64,000 nt of DNA from Flavobacteriales bacterium (lineage in GTDB: Bacteria > Bacteroidota > Bacteroidia > Flavobacteriales > BACL11): the NCBI GenBank assembly GCA_014239655.1, contig JAAZYM010000078.1, positions 39,564 to 103,563 on the forward strand. The letters are read 5' to 3'. Positions within the stretch are counted from its first letter, which is position 1; every line of letters begins with the position of its first letter. The position numbers and the translations under genes are program-made. Under the pieces are notes generated by a model. That model searched no databases. It saw nothing but the letters and a program-made list of their open reading frames with translations, and was not told where the DNA came from. This document shows, piece after piece, positions 29,302 through 40,293 of this stretch.

Positions 29302-30273
29302 ATGGCAAAGATAAAATATTATTACGATACTAAAACATTAAGCTATAAGCGGATTAAATTGTCAAATACTGAGAAAGCTAAGAAGTATCTTCTTTTTATA
29401 TCCTCTAGTCTTTTGCTTTCTCTTATTATAATTTTCATGTTTTTTCAATTTTTTGATAGTCCAAAAGAAAAAAGATTAAAAAATGAGATTGAAAATCTTA
29501 CCGATCAATATAATATCATTGATAATAATATAAAAGAAATAGAAATAGTACTTGATGACATACAAAAAAGAGATGACAATATCTATCGAACTATATTTGA
29601 AGCAGATCCAATACCTAATTCAATAAGAAAACAGGGGTTTGGTGGTGTAAACAGATACAAAAAACTTAGTGGCTTCTCAAACTCAGAAATAATAATCAAT
29701 ACAACTAAGAAAATTGATCAACTTACAAAACAATTATATCTTCAGTCAAAGTCATTTGACGAAATAATAAATCTCGCTAAAAACAAAACAAAAATGCTCT
29801 CTTCTATTCCAGCTATTCAACCTGTCTCTAATAAAGATCTAAGCAGAATGGCTAGCGGATATGGGTATAGAATACATCCTATATATAAAACAAGAAAATT
29901 ACATGCAGGTATGGATTTTTCTGCTAAAAATGGCACTGAAATATATGCCACAGGAGATGGAGTAGTCTCAAAAGTTAGAAAAAGTAGAAGGGGGTATGGA
30001 AATCATGTAAAGATTAACCATGGTTTTGGATATGAAACATTATATGCTCATATGTCAAAATATATTGTAAAACGAGGGCAGAAAGTTAAACGAGGAGAAA
30101 TCATCGGATATGTAGGGAATACAGGGACCTCAGTTGCGCCTCATTTACATTATGAGGTACATAAAGACAAAAAAAATATAAATCCAGTAAATTTCTACTA
30201 TAATGACCTAAACCCTGATGAATATGAGAAAATGCTTGAGATATCATCTCAATCTAATCAGTCTTTTGACTAA
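29302..30273 (+). CDS. M23 family metallopeptidase
   Basis: N-terminal TM and coiled coil; HAGMD, YAHM and PHLHYEV zinc motifs. Confidence 0.95.
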   Translation: MAKIKYYYDTKTLSYKRIKLSNTEKAKKYLLFISSSLLLSLIIIFMFFQFFDSPKEKRLKNEIENLTDQYNIIDNNIKEIEIVLDDIQKRDDNIYRTIFEADPIPNSIRKQGFGGVNRYKKLSGFSNSEIIINTTKKIDQLTKQLYLQSKSFDEIINLAKNKTKMLSSIPAIQPVSNKDLSRMASGYGYRIHPIYKTRKLHAGMDFSAKNGTEIYATGDGVVSKVRKSRRGYGNHVKINHGFGYETLYAHMSKYIVKRGQKVKRGEIIGYVGNTGTSVAPHLHYEVHKDKKNINPVNFYYNDLNPDEYEKMLEISSQSNQSFD

Positions 30274-30285
30274 ATAAGTCTATAA

Positions 30286-30609
30286 ATGAAGGAACACAAA
30301 AAACTTTTCTACCAAATTGGTGAAATTGCTAATAAACTAAATGTCAACGTTTCTTTAATTAGATTCTGGGAGAAAGAATTCGATGTACTAAAACCTAAAA
30401 AAAATAAAAAAGGAAACAGGTTATTTACACAAAAAGACTATGATAATCTTAAAATAATATACCATCTAGTTAAAGAGAGGGGTTTTACTCTAAATGGCGC
30501 AAAAAGAAAATTAAAAGAAAACAAAGAAGACAAAACAGATAGTCTAAGTATTGTAAGTCATTTAAAAGAAATTAGAAAATTTTTAGTTGAACTAAAGGAG
30601 CAACTATAA
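30286..30609 (+). CDS. MerR-family transcriptional regulator
   Basis: YQIGEIA...SLIRFWEKEF...GNRLF winged helix. Confidence 0.92.
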   Translation: MKEHKKLFYQIGEIANKLNVNVSLIRFWEKEFDVLKPKKNKKGNRLFTQKDYDNLKIIYHLVKERGFTLNGAKRKLKENKEDKTDSLSIVSHLKEIRKFLVELKEQL

Positions 30610-30613
30610 ATAT

Positions 30614-30946
30614 ATGGACCAAGATTCTATAGATAAAATTAAGAACAAACTATCTAAAGAAGTAGCTGAAACTAAGCTAAAAATATCAAAATATAAGGAA
30701 TTAAGCAAGCCTATCCCTCCAGAGAATTCAATTGGACGAGTAAGTAGAATGGATGCTATAAATAACAAAAGTGTAGTTGAAGCTGCACTAAGAGAAGCGG
30801 AAAATAAACTCAAACAACTTGAGATAATTAATAAAAAGATTGGAGATGCTGATTTTGGAATATGCAACTCATGTAAAGGAAAGATTCCTTTTGGCAGGCT
30901 AATAATTAGACCACATAGCCAGCTATGTGTAAAATGCGCAAAATAA
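30614..30946 (+). CDS. TraR/DksA C4-type zinc finger protein
   Basis: Coiled coil plus FGICNSC...IPFGRL...P...LCVKC. Confidence 0.9.
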   Translation: MDQDSIDKIKNKLSKEVAETKLKISKYKELSKPIPPENSIGRVSRMDAINNKSVVEAALREAENKLKQLEIINKKIGDADFGICNSCKGKIPFGRLIIRPHSQLCVKCAK

Positions 30947-30953
30947 AGTACAA

Positions 30954-31739
30954 ATGAAAATTATTAAGCACGCCCTCAGATATATCAAATATCTCTTTAA
31001 ATCCCAGAATCATTATTCTATTCACTCTCCAACTATATATAATTTCATAAGTAATGTTATTTATTCAACAACATCCAAATCTGAAACCAAAGAAATTGAA
31101 GAATTAAGAGTCCAATTATATGCAAATGAATCCTTTATTAATATTAAAGATTATGGAGCTGGAAGCAATATCAACAATAATAATAAAAGAAAAATAAAAG
31201 AGATTGCAAGAAATTCATCAAAAAATTCAAAATATGGTAATTTATTATACAGAATAGTTAAATCCCTAAATCCTAACACTATTTTTGAGCTTGGAACATC
31301 ATTCGGAATCAGCACCTGTTATCTAGCAAAAGGGAGTCCACAAACAACTATAACAACATTTGAAGGTTGTAATGAATCGGTAAAAATAGCTAGCAACAAC
31401 TTTGCTAAGTTAGAGTTTAATAACATAAAAATAATACATGGGAATTTTAAAGATACCCTAGAAAAGGAATTTGCTCGAAATAATAATCTCGACCTCATTT
31501 TTATTGATGGAAATCATACTGAAAATGCAACAATTAAGTATTTTGAATTAGCCTTAAATCATTCACATAACAAAACAATTATTATTTTTGATGATATTCA
31601 CTGGTCAAAAGGAATGGAAAATGCATGGAAGCATATAACAAGATCTAAAAAAACTACTGTAACTATTGATTTGTTTTTTGTAGGAATAGTTTTTCTAGAT
31701 CCAAAATTAAGTAAAGAGAATTTTATAATTAGATTTTAA
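30954..31739 (+). CDS. Class I SAM-dependent methyltransferase
   Basis: ELGTSFG, FIDGNH and FDDIHWS motifs. Confidence 0.9.
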   Translation: MKIIKHALRYIKYLFKSQNHYSIHSPTIYNFISNVIYSTTSKSETKEIEELRVQLYANESFINIKDYGAGSNINNNNKRKIKEIARNSSKNSKYGNLLYRIVKSLNPNTIFELGTSFGISTCYLAKGSPQTTITTFEGCNESVKIASNNFAKLEFNNIKIIHGNFKDTLEKEFARNNNLDLIFIDGNHTENATIKYFELALNHSHNKTIIIFDDIHWSKGMENAWKHITRSKKTTVTIDLFFVGIVFLDPKLSKENFIIRF

Positions 31740-31745
31740 TAAACT

Positions 31746-32294
31746 ATGAAAATATATACTAAAGAAGGAGATAAAGGTAGAACCCAGTTATTTGGAGGAA
31801 CCGAAATCTCGAAAGACAATCATAGATTGAAATGCTATGGAACAATTGATGAGCTAAATGCATATATCGGACATATACATGATCATAATATAAGCGAAGA
31901 ATCAAAAAAAATTACATTAATAATACAAAATACTTTGTTTGACTTAGGAAGTAATGTAGCTTTTGATCAAAAAAATCAAAAAATAAAAGTTCAATGTATA
32001 AATGAAGAAGATGTTAGTGTAATTGAAAAAGAAATTGATAGAATGGAAGCAAAACTTCAAGTGTTAAGTAACTTTATCTTACCCTCAGGACATCCAATTA
32101 CTTCATTATGTCATATTGCTAGGACAGTATGTAGAAGATCGGAAAGAAATCTAGTGGCATTAATGAAGACCGAGAAAGTAGATCTCTTAAATATTAAGTA
32201 TCTAAATAGGCTCTCTGATTTTTTATTTGTTCTTGCTCGTTATAATCTATATAAACATGGGCTAAAAGAGATTAAATGGCAAAAAAAGACCTAA
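31746..32294 (+). CDS. PduO-type cob(I)alamin adenosyltransferase
   Basis: KIYTKEGDKGRT, YGTIDELN, RTVCRRSER and YLNRLSD motifs. Confidence 0.95.
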   Translation: MKIYTKEGDKGRTQLFGGTEISKDNHRLKCYGTIDELNAYIGHIHDHNISEESKKITLIIQNTLFDLGSNVAFDQKNQKIKVQCINEEDVSVIEKEIDRMEAKLQVLSNFILPSGHPITSLCHIARTVCRRSERNLVALMKTEKVDLLNIKYLNRLSDFLFVLARYNLYKHGLKEIKWQKKT

Positions 32295-32344
32295 TTCTTA
32301 GTATAATTAACTAAAAAAATTACTTTTGCAAAAAAAACGTTGTT

Positions 32345-32572
32345 ATGTATTGGACATTAGAACTGGCATCAAAGCTAGAAGACGCTCCCTGGCCTGCAAC
32401 TAAAGATGAATTAATTGATTTTGCAATCAGATCAGGAGCTCCAATGGAAGTTGTTGAAAATCTTCAAGAATTAATTGAAGATGAGCCTGGTGTGCTATGG
32501 GAAACAATAGAAGATATTTGGCCAGATTACCCAACTAAAGAAGATTTCTTCTTTAATGAGGATGAGTATTAA
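32345..32572 (+). CDS. DUF2795 domain protein
   Basis: MYWTLELAS.LEDAPWPATKDELID signature. Confidence 0.92.
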   Translation: MYWTLELASKLEDAPWPATKDELIDFAIRSGAPMEVVENLQELIEDEPGVLWETIEDIWPDYPTKEDFFFNEDEY

Positions 32573-32645
32573 GCTCTTTTCCACCTCTTTTCTTTTGTAT
32601 ACTATCTTAATTAGGATTATTTTTGTTACATCATAATTTAAAACA

Positions 32646-35600
32646 ATGGCAGGAATCTTTAATGTTATTACTAAAATTTTCGGGAGCAAATACGATAAAG
32701 ACTTAAAAGAAATTAAGCCAATTGTTAAAGAGATTCTCAATGAACACAACAAAATATCTAAACTTACAGATGACGAGTTAAGAGAACAGACTAACTTACT
32801 TAAGAAAAAGATCAACGATTTTATTAGTGATGAAAAAGAAAAAATTCAACGTCTCAAAGAAAAATCAACTCAAAAAACTGTTTTAATAAAAGATAAAGAG
32901 AAACTCTATGAAGAAATTGACAATCTTGAAAAAGAAATAATTAATAAAACAGAAGAGGTATTAGATAAAATTCTTCCAACTGCATTTGCTGTCATTAAAG
33001 AAACAGCAAAAAGATTCACCGAAAAAAGCATCATAACTGTAAAAGCAACAGAATTTGATAGAAATTTAGCTGCAAAAAAAGATTTTATAACAATAAAAGA
33101 TAATAATGCTATATATCAGAATTCCTGGAATGCAGCAGGAAATGATATTACATGGGACATGATACATTATGATGTGCAGTTAATAGGTGGTATTGTCTTA
33201 CATAAAGGAAGAATTGCTGAGATGCAGACTGGAGAAGGAAAAACACTTGTAGCAACATTACCAGTCTACCTAAATGCGTTAACTGGACTAGGAGTTCATC
33301 TGGTTACTGTCAACAACTATCTTGCTAAAAGAGATAGTGAGTGGATGGGGCCTTTATTTCAGTTTCATGGATTAAGTATTGATTGTATTGATAATCATCA
33401 ACCAAATTCTGAAGAAAGAAGACAGGCTTATCTAGCAGATATAACATATGGAACTAATAATGAATTTGGTTTTGATTACCTAAGAGATAATATGGCAAAA
33501 AGACCTGCCGACTTGGTGCAAAGAAAATTGCATTATTCAATAGTAGATGAGGTAGATTCTGTTTTAATTGATGATGCAAGAACACCTCTCATAATATCTG
33601 GACCAACTCCTCAAGGAGATGTTCATGAATATAATGAGCTTAAACATAAAGTAGACCAATTAGCTCAAGTTCAGAAGAAATACGTGACATCTATACTTTC
33701 AGATTCAAAGAAATTCTTTAAAGAAGGAGATAAAGATAAAGGAGGTTTTAACCTATTTAGAGCCTTTAGAGGATTGCCAAAAAATAAAGCTTTAATTAAG
33801 TTTCTAAGTGAAGAAGGAATCAGAGCTCAACTTCAAAAGACGGAGAATTTCTATATGCAAGACCAGAATAAAGAGATGCATATTGTTGATGAAGAATTAT
33901 TTTTTGTTATTGATGAGAAGAATAATTCTATTGAATTAACAGAAAAAGGATTGAATCTGATGACCACATCAATTGACGATAAAGATTTTTTTATTTTACC
34001 TGATGTTGGACAAGAAATTGCTGAAATTGAGAAATCAAATATATCGGAAGAAGAAGAGGCAATAAAAAAAGAATCATTATTAAGAAATTTCTCTATTAAA
34101 AGCGAAAGAATTCATACAATCAACCAGCTACTTAAAGCATACACATTATTTGAGAAAGATGTTGAATATGTTGTTATGGATAATAAGGTGAAAATTGTGG
34201 ATGAACAGACTGGAAGGATAATGGATGGAAGAAGATACTCAGATGGATTGCATCAAGCGATCGAAGCTAAAGAAAATGTAAAAATAGAAGCTGCCACCCA
34301 AACATACGCTACAGTTACATTACAAAATTACTTTCGAATGTATAATAAGATCTCTGGAATGACTGGTACAGCTGAAACTGAAGCTGGAGAATTTTGGGAA
34401 ATATACAAGTTAGATGTAGTGTCAATACCAACAAACAAACCTATCCAAAGAAATGACAAGGATGATCTGGTCTATAAAACTAACAGAGAAAAGTACAATG
34501 CTGTTGTTGAAGATATTGATACTCTTAGCAAGGAAGGAAGACCTATACTTGTAGGGACAACCTCTGTCGAGATATCAGAACTATTAAGCACCATTCTAAG
34601 AAAACGAGGCATCAAACACAATGTACTAAATGCAAAATTACATCAAAAAGAAGCAGATATTGTAGCAGAGGCTGGAGATAAAAGCATAGTAACAATAGCA
34701 ACAAATATGGCTGGTAGAGGAACAGATATAAAACTATCAGATCAAGTAAAGAACTCAGGAGGCCTTGCTATAATAGGAACAGAGAGACATGATTCTAGAA
34801 GGGTAGACAGACAATTAAGAGGAAGGGCAGGTAGACAAGGGGATCCAGGGTCATCTCAATTTTATGTCTCATTAGAAGATAACCTTATGAGATTATTTGG
34901 CTCTGAAAGAATTGCAAAATTAATGGATAGAATGGGGTTAGAAGAAGGAGAAGTTATTCAACATTCTATGGTAAGCAAATCTATTGAAAGAGCACAAAAA
35001 AAAGTTGAAGAAAATAACTTCGGAATACGTAAAAGATTACTAGAATATGATGATGTAATGAATCAACAAAGAGAAGTAATCTATAAAAAGAGAAGACATG
35101 CCTTATATGGAGATAGAATCTCTCTTGATATATCTAACAGTATATTTGATACGTGTGAGAATATCATTAACGAAACTCATGAAACAAAAGATTTCGAAGG
35201 ATATAAATTAGCATTAATAAGATTATTATCAATTAATAGCCCAATATCTAATGAGGATTTTAAAAATCTAGATAAAGAAGAAATAATTGATCAAACATTT
35301 GAAAAATGCTATGAAAATTATCAAATAAAATCAAAATCAATTACAAAACAAGCGTTCCCTGTGATAAAAGATGTATATGAAAAACAAGGCGCTACATATG
35401 AAAATATAATAATTCCTTTTACCGATGGAATGAAAACACTCCAGGTAGTAACTAATCTGGAAGAAGCTGTGAAATCTGAAGGAGGAAACATACCTGAATC
35501 TATTGAGAAGAGCGTCACATTAGCAATTATTGATAATATCTGGAAAGATCATTTACGAGAAATGGATGACTTAAAACAATCTGTTCAGAATGCTGTATAC

Positions 35601-35918
35601 GAACAAAAAGATCCTTTATTAATTTATAAGTTTGAATCATTCAATCTCTTTAAAAAACTAATCTTTAAGATTAACAAAGAAATTGTATCATTTCTATTAA
35701 AATCTGGTCTTCCATCAAGCTCCGATCAGATAACTGAAGAAAAAAACACAAATACTAATAACAATCTTCAAACAAGCCGACCTGAAAACACTACATCTAA
35801 CAACTCTGAAAGCCAAAAAGTGCAGAAAGTACAACCTGTAAGAGTAGAACAGAAAATTAATAGAAATGACCCTTGTCCTTGTGGTTCAGGAAAGAAATAT
35901 AAAAAATGTCATGGATAA
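32646..35918 (+). CDS. secA: Preprotein translocase subunit SecA
   Basis: [38 protein letters not shown] and [17 protein letters not shown]. Confidence 0.99.
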   Translation: MAGIFNVITKIFGSKYDKDLKEIKPIVKEILNEHNKISKLTDDELREQTNLLKKKINDFISDEKEKIQRLKEKSTQKTVLIKDKEKLYEEIDNLEKEIINKTEEVLDKILPTAFAVIKETAKRFTEKSIITVKATEFDRNLAAKKDFITIKDNNAIYQNSWNAAGNDITWDMIHYDVQLIGGIVLHKGRIAEMQTGEGKTLVATLPVYLNALTGLGVHLVTVNNYLAKRDSEWMGPLFQFHGLSIDCIDNHQPNSEERRQAYLADITYGTNNEFGFDYLRDNMAKRPADLVQRKLHYSIVDEVDSVLIDDARTPLIISGPTPQGDVHEYNELKHKVDQLAQVQKKYVTSILSDSKKFFKEGDKDKGGFNLFRAFRGLPKNKALIKFLSEEGIRAQLQKTENFYMQDQNKEMHIVDEELFFVIDEKNNSIELTEKGLNLMTTSIDDKDFFILPDVGQEIAEIEKSNISEEEEAIKKESLLRNFSIKSERIHTINQLLKAYTLFEKDVEYVVMDNKVKIVDEQTGRIMDGRRYSDGLHQAIEAKENVKIEAATQTYATVTLQNYFRMYNKISGMTGTAETEAGEFWEIYKLDVVSIPTNKPIQRNDKDDLVYKTNREKYNAVVEDIDTLSKEGRPILVGTTSVEISELLSTILRKRGIKHNVLNAKLHQKEADIVAEAGDKSIVTIATNMAGRGTDIKLSDQVKNSGGLAIIGTERHDSRRVDRQLRGRAGRQGDPGSSQFYVSLEDNLMRLFGSERIAKLMDRMGLEEGEVIQHSMVSKSIERAQKKVEENNFGIRKRLLEYDDVMNQQREVIYKKRRHALYGDRISLDISNSIFDTCENIINETHETKDFEGYKLALIRLLSINSPISNEDFKNLDKEEIIDQTFEKCYENYQIKSKSITKQAFPVIKDVYEKQGATYENIIIPFTDGMKTLQVVTNLEEAVKSEGGNIPESIEKSVTLAIIDNIWKDHLREMDDLKQSVQNAVYEQKDPLLIYKFESFNLFKKLIFKINKEIVSFLLKSGLPSSSDQITEEKNTNTNNNLQTSRPENTTSNNSESQKVQKVQPVRVEQKINRNDPCPCGSGKKYKKCHG

Positions 35919-35950
35919 TTTAACAACATAAATTATCCAGGCCTCCTATC

Positions 35951-37039
35951 TTATTTTAAATATCTAAAATCGTGATTATCTTCAATTCTTTGCAACAGAT
36001 TATATATAAGATGTATTACATTTTTAACATCATCTTTACTTACAGACTCAACAGTTGTATGCATATATCTTAAAGGAAGCGAAACTAAGGCAGATGCAAC
36101 ACCACCTGTTGCAAATGCAAAGGCATCTGTATCGGTACCTGTTGCTCTAGAAGCAGCACCTCTTTGGAATGGAATATTATTAGATTCTGCAGCTTTAATT
36201 ACTAAATCTAATAAATTATTTTGTACTGATGGACCATAAAATAAGACAGGACCATCTCCACATTTTATGTCTCCTTGTTTAATTTTATCTATCATTGGAG
36301 TATGCGTATCATGACATACATCAGTAACTATTGCAATATCAGGCTTAATTGTCTCAACAATCATTTGGGCGCCCCTAAGACCAACCTCTTCTTGAACAGA
36401 ATTTGTTATATACAAACCAAAAGGAAGCTTAATACTATTCTCTTTCAAGAGCCTCGCAACTTCAGCAATCATGAACCCTCCAATTCTATTATCTAAGGCT
36501 CTCCCTACATAGTATCTATTATTAAGAGTCATAAACTCATCCTCATATGTAACAACAGATCCAACATGAACTCCTAACTTCTCAACTTCATCTTTTGTAG
36601 TACAACCACAATCAAGAAATATATTATCTAATTTAGGTGGTTTTTCATCAGCGGCCGTTCTAGTATGAATTGCTGGCCATCCAAACACTGCTTTTACTAT
36701 GCCTTTTTCCGTATGTATATTTACTCTTTTTGATGGAGCTATTTGATGATCTGAACCACCATTCCTTCTTAAGTAAATAAAGCCCTCTTTTGTAATATAG
36801 TGTACAAACCAAGAAATCTCATCAGCATGAGCTTCAATTACTACTTTATATTTTGCTTCAGGATTAATTACACCAACAACAGTACCATAAGTATCCACAA
36901 AATGGGTATCAATATATGGTTTTATATAATCAAGCCATAACTGCTGTCCTTTACTTTCAAAACCAGTAGGAGATGGATTGTTAATATACTTTTCTAAAAA
37001 TTCTTCGGAATCCTGAGTAACTATTTTATTTGCTTTCAT
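35951..37039 (-). CDS. M42 family aminopeptidase
   Basis: AHADEI, ALDNRIG, VQEEVGLRGA and RYMHT motifs. Confidence 0.93.
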   Translation of the reverse strand: MKANKIVTQDSEEFLEKYINNPSPTGFESKGQQLWLDYIKPYIDTHFVDTYGTVVGVINPEAKYKVVIEAHADEISWFVHYITKEGFIYLRRNGGSDHQIAPSKRVNIHTEKGIVKAVFGWPAIHTRTAADEKPPKLDNIFLDCGCTTKDEVEKLGVHVGSVVTYEDEFMTLNNRYYVGRALDNRIGGFMIAEVARLLKENSIKLPFGLYITNSVQEEVGLRGAQMIVETIKPDIAIVTDVCHDTHTPMIDKIKQGDIKCGDGPVLFYGPSVQNNLLDLVIKAAESNNIPFQRGAASRATGTDTDAFAFATGGVASALVSLPLRYMHTTVESVSKDDVKNVIHLIYNLLQRIEDNHDFRYLK

Positions 37040-37042
37040 ATT

Positions 37043-38977
37043 CTATTTATTAAATAAATCTACCCCTCTTTCTAACCAATCCTTAAAAAGAGATACAGAG
37101 CCATAATCCTGATAATTGGCCGGCTCAATCAGCTGATTTTCATTATGATCTAACATCACATAATAAGGCTGAGAATTAGTGCCAAAATTATTGGCCTGTA
37201 ACACCATCCATTTATCACCAGTTGTTTTTACTTTCTTTTCCTTACCTGCCATCATTGTTGTATACTGCTCATCTTTAGGTAAATCAATTCTTTCATCGAC
37301 GTATAAGGATACCAACACAACATCATTACGCAACATCTCTTTAACATATTGATCAGACCAGACTTGTTCTTCCATTTTTCTGCAATTAACGCATGCATGG
37401 CCAGTAAAATCTAGCATTAATGGTTTATCAATTTTTTTTGCATGCTCTAAGGCTTCTTTATAATCGTGGAAAACCATCAAACCTTGTGGCCCTATATGCT
37501 GACCATTAGAAGAATGTTTTATATCATTAGAGCCAATCTGTACAGCACCAACACCCTGAGGAGATTCACTATACTGCATTGGTGGTGGGAAGGCATTAAT
37601 TATCTTTAATGGAGCACCCCATAATCCAGGTATCATATATATTGTTAATGTTCCAGTCAAAATAGCTACTGAAAATCTACTTACAGAAATATATTCTAAA
37701 TCCGAATCATGAGCAAATTTTAAAAACCCTAATAAATACATGGTAAGTAATGCAAAAATTACAATCCAAATAGCAATAAACAACTCTCTCTCTAATAAGT
37801 GAGTCTGTAAAACAAGATCAGCATTTGATAAAAACTTAAATGCTAAAGCTATTTCTAAAAACCCTAATGTCACCTTAACAGAATTTAACCAGCCTCCAGA
37901 TTGAGGTAAAGAATTTAACCAGCCAGGAAAAGCTGCAAAAAAAGCAAATGGTAAAGCAATAGCAAGAGAAAAACCTAACATCCCAATAATTGGGCCAAAA
38001 TAACCCCCTGTAGAAGCCTCAACTAATAAGGTTCCAACGATTGGTCCAGTACATGAAAATGAAACTAAAGCAAGAGTAAAGGCCATAAAGAAAATTCCTA
38101 TAAGACCTCCTTTATCAGATGCTTTATCTGTTTTATTTACCCAAGACGTAGGAAGCTGCAATTCAAATGCCCCAAGAAAAGATGCTCCAAAAATTAATAA
38201 TAATAAGAAGAAACCTATATTAAAATAAACATTCGTAGCCATATTATTTAATGCATCTGCACCAAAAATAGATGAGACTCCAACGCCAAGCGCAACATAA
38301 ATAACAATAATTGAAATACCATAAATTATAGCATTGGCAATTCCCCTTGCTTTTGTCTTAGATTGTTTTGTAAAAAATGATACTGTCATTGGTATCATAG
38401 GAAATACACATGGTGTTAAAAGCGCAGCAAAACCACTTAAAAATGCTATAAAAAACAAAGCCCACATTGACTTTTCTTCAGTTTCATTTAAGGGTTTGCT
38501 TGCAGAAGAGATTAAGGATTCATCAATACCATCAATTTGAAATTCAAATTCTAATGCTTCCGGGGGTAAACATTGAGTACTATCACATGTCATATAATAA
38601 ACCTCTCCCTTAAGAACAAAATCTTCAGTAGAATAAACCTGTACTTTTACTGTGAAAAGTGCTTCTTTTTTAAAATACTTGAGAACAACATCATAATTTG
38701 GATCAAAATCTTCAATAGGAACACCCTCATTTACCCCATCTGCATCAACACCATAAGTATTAGTAGATGGATTAAAAAAAGAAAACTCTGTTGATACTGG
38801 GCCTTCACCAGCATCTTGTGAATAAATATACCAACCATCATCTATAGTTGCCTTAAAGTTTAATTCTATCTCAGTATCAGAAACCTTTTTTTGTGAAAAA
38901 TCCCACTTTACTGGATCAAAAATCTGTGCAGATGATAAAAAAGTTAAAGCTGTAAAAAATATTATTAATCTCCTCAT
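37043..38977 (-). CDS. dsbD: Protein-disulfide reductase, DsbD family
   Basis: N-domain C....CLPP, TM LTPCVFPM and FSCTGP, thioredoxin ACVNCRKME. Confidence 0.92.
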   Translation of the reverse strand: MRRLIIFFTALTFLSSAQIFDPVKWDFSQKKVSDTEIELNFKATIDDGWYIYSQDAGEGPVSTEFSFFNPSTNTYGVDADGVNEGVPIEDFDPNYDVVLKYFKKEALFTVKVQVYSTEDFVLKGEVYYMTCDSTQCLPPEALEFEFQIDGIDESLISSASKPLNETEEKSMWALFFIAFLSGFAALLTPCVFPMIPMTVSFFTKQSKTKARGIANAIIYGISIIVIYVALGVGVSSIFGADALNNMATNVYFNIGFFLLLLIFGASFLGAFELQLPTSWVNKTDKASDKGGLIGIFFMAFTLALVSFSCTGPIVGTLLVEASTGGYFGPIIGMLGFSLAIALPFAFFAAFPGWLNSLPQSGGWLNSVKVTLGFLEIALAFKFLSNADLVLQTHLLERELFIAIWIVIFALLTMYLLGFLKFAHDSDLEYISVSRFSVAILTGTLTIYMIPGLWGAPLKIINAFPPPMQYSESPQGVGAVQIGSNDIKHSSNGQHIGPQGLMVFHDYKEALEHAKKIDKPLMLDFTGHACVNCRKMEEQVWSDQYVKEMLRNDVVLVSLYVDERIDLPKDEQYTTMMAGKEKKVKTTGDKWMVLQANNFGTNSQPYYVMLDHNENQLIEPANYQDYGSVSLFKDWLERGVDLFNK

Positions 38978-40293
38978 AAATTATCTTTTAAAAGAGTTGC
39001 AATATACGTCTTTTTAGTTTTAGATGTAATCTTATAACGATCATCTATTCTATATCCAATGATCCAAACTATATCTTTTCCAGAACATAAAATAAAAACT
39101 TTTTCTTTTGAAAAAACGTCTAATTTTATATCAATGAAAAAATCACTTATTTTCTTAAATGAGTCCATGCCCAGGGGGATAAACTTATCTCCATCTTCCC
39201 ATTTCCGTATTTTAAGTGGGAATATTAATTTGTCTTTATCTAAATAAGCAATATCTTGATTAGAATCATAAGAAAGCAAATCAGATATAGCAAACTGCAT
39301 TTTTAATGGAGCATCTATACATGCTATGTTTTTTTCAATACAACAACTCTCCTGTATACTATCATCTATAGGTTCTAGAAAGAGATACTCTCTATCAATT
39401 AATAATTGATGTGAAGAAGAAAAAAATCTAAGACCACTTCCTTTATTTATAGCCTTAGCTATACTCTCTATATCATTAAAACCGTATTTATGGAAAACCT
39501 CATATATATATACCTCTGGTGGAGACAAAGCAGCTAAATGATTCTTTAATATTTTGAACCCTGCCTTATGCTTAGTAATTATCCTATCTAAATCAGATTG
39601 GATCGAATTCTTATATATGTAATATACTTTATCAAGTATATCAATCTCTCTAGAAATAGTTTTTGAAATACTTGGATTCATCTCTTTCAACAATGGAACT
39701 AAGTTGTGTCTAATATTATTTCTCAAATATTTATCTGATATATTACTAGAGTCTTCTCTATATTCTAATGAATATTTATTGACATAATTAACAATCATAT
39801 CGCGAGTAGCGAATATTAGAGGCCTAACAACATACTTGTTTTTGTTGTTTATACCTAACATACCTTTAATGCCTGTCCCTCTTATAATGTTTATTAAAAA
39901 GGTTTCAATATTATCATCATAATTATGTGCAACAGCAATATAATCAGCAGAAATATTCTTTCTTATCTTTTCCAACCAAGCATATCTTTGTTCTCGAGCT
40001 GCCATCTGTAGAGATATCTTCTCTTCAGTTGCATATTGATTTGTGCTAAAACTAGTAGTATGAAAAGGGACTGTATATTTGGTCGCCAACTGTTGAACAA
40101 AAGCTAGATCTTCATCCGATTCCTTTCCTCTTAGATTAAAATTACAATGTGCAAATTCAATATTATATCCTGACCTAATAAGTAAATCTGCTAAACATAT
40201 ACTATCAATTCCTCCACTTATCGCCAATACAATTTTAGAATCTTTACGAAAAAGATAATTATGATCTATATATTCTAAAAAATTACTCTTCAT
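38974..40293 (-). CDS. tilS: tRNA(Ile)-lysidine synthetase
   Basis: PP-loop SGGIDS, AHCNF, AAREQRY, EDSSN and RNNIRH motifs. Confidence 0.96.
   Translation of the reverse strand: MKSNFLEYIDHNYLFRKDSKIVLAISGGIDSICLADLLIRSGYNIEFAHCNFNLRGKESDEDLAFVQQLATKYTVPFHTTSFSTNQYATEEKISLQMAAREQRYAWLEKIRKNISADYIAVAHNYDDNIETFLINIIRGTGIKGMLGINNKNKYVVRPLIFATRDMIVNYVNKYSLEYREDSSNISDKYLRNNIRHNLVPLLKEMNPSISKTISREIDILDKVYYIYKNSIQSDLDRIITKHKAGFKILKNHLAALSPPEVYIYEVFHKYGFNDIESIAKAINKGSGLRFFSSSHQLLIDREYLFLEPIDDSIQESCCIEKNIACIDAPLKMQFAISDLLSYDSNQDIAYLDKDKLIFPLKIRKWEDGDKFIPLGMDSFKKISDFFIDIKLDVFSKEKVFILCSGKDIVWIIGYRIDDRYKITSKTKKTYIATLLKDNL

Noticed and set aside
31746-32294. Cobalamin adenosyltransferase as evidence for B12 biosynthesis
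   Set aside because: PduO-type enzymes serve salvage. With mce it only suggests a B12-dependent methylmalonyl-CoA pathway, and no cob/cbi genes are in the window.
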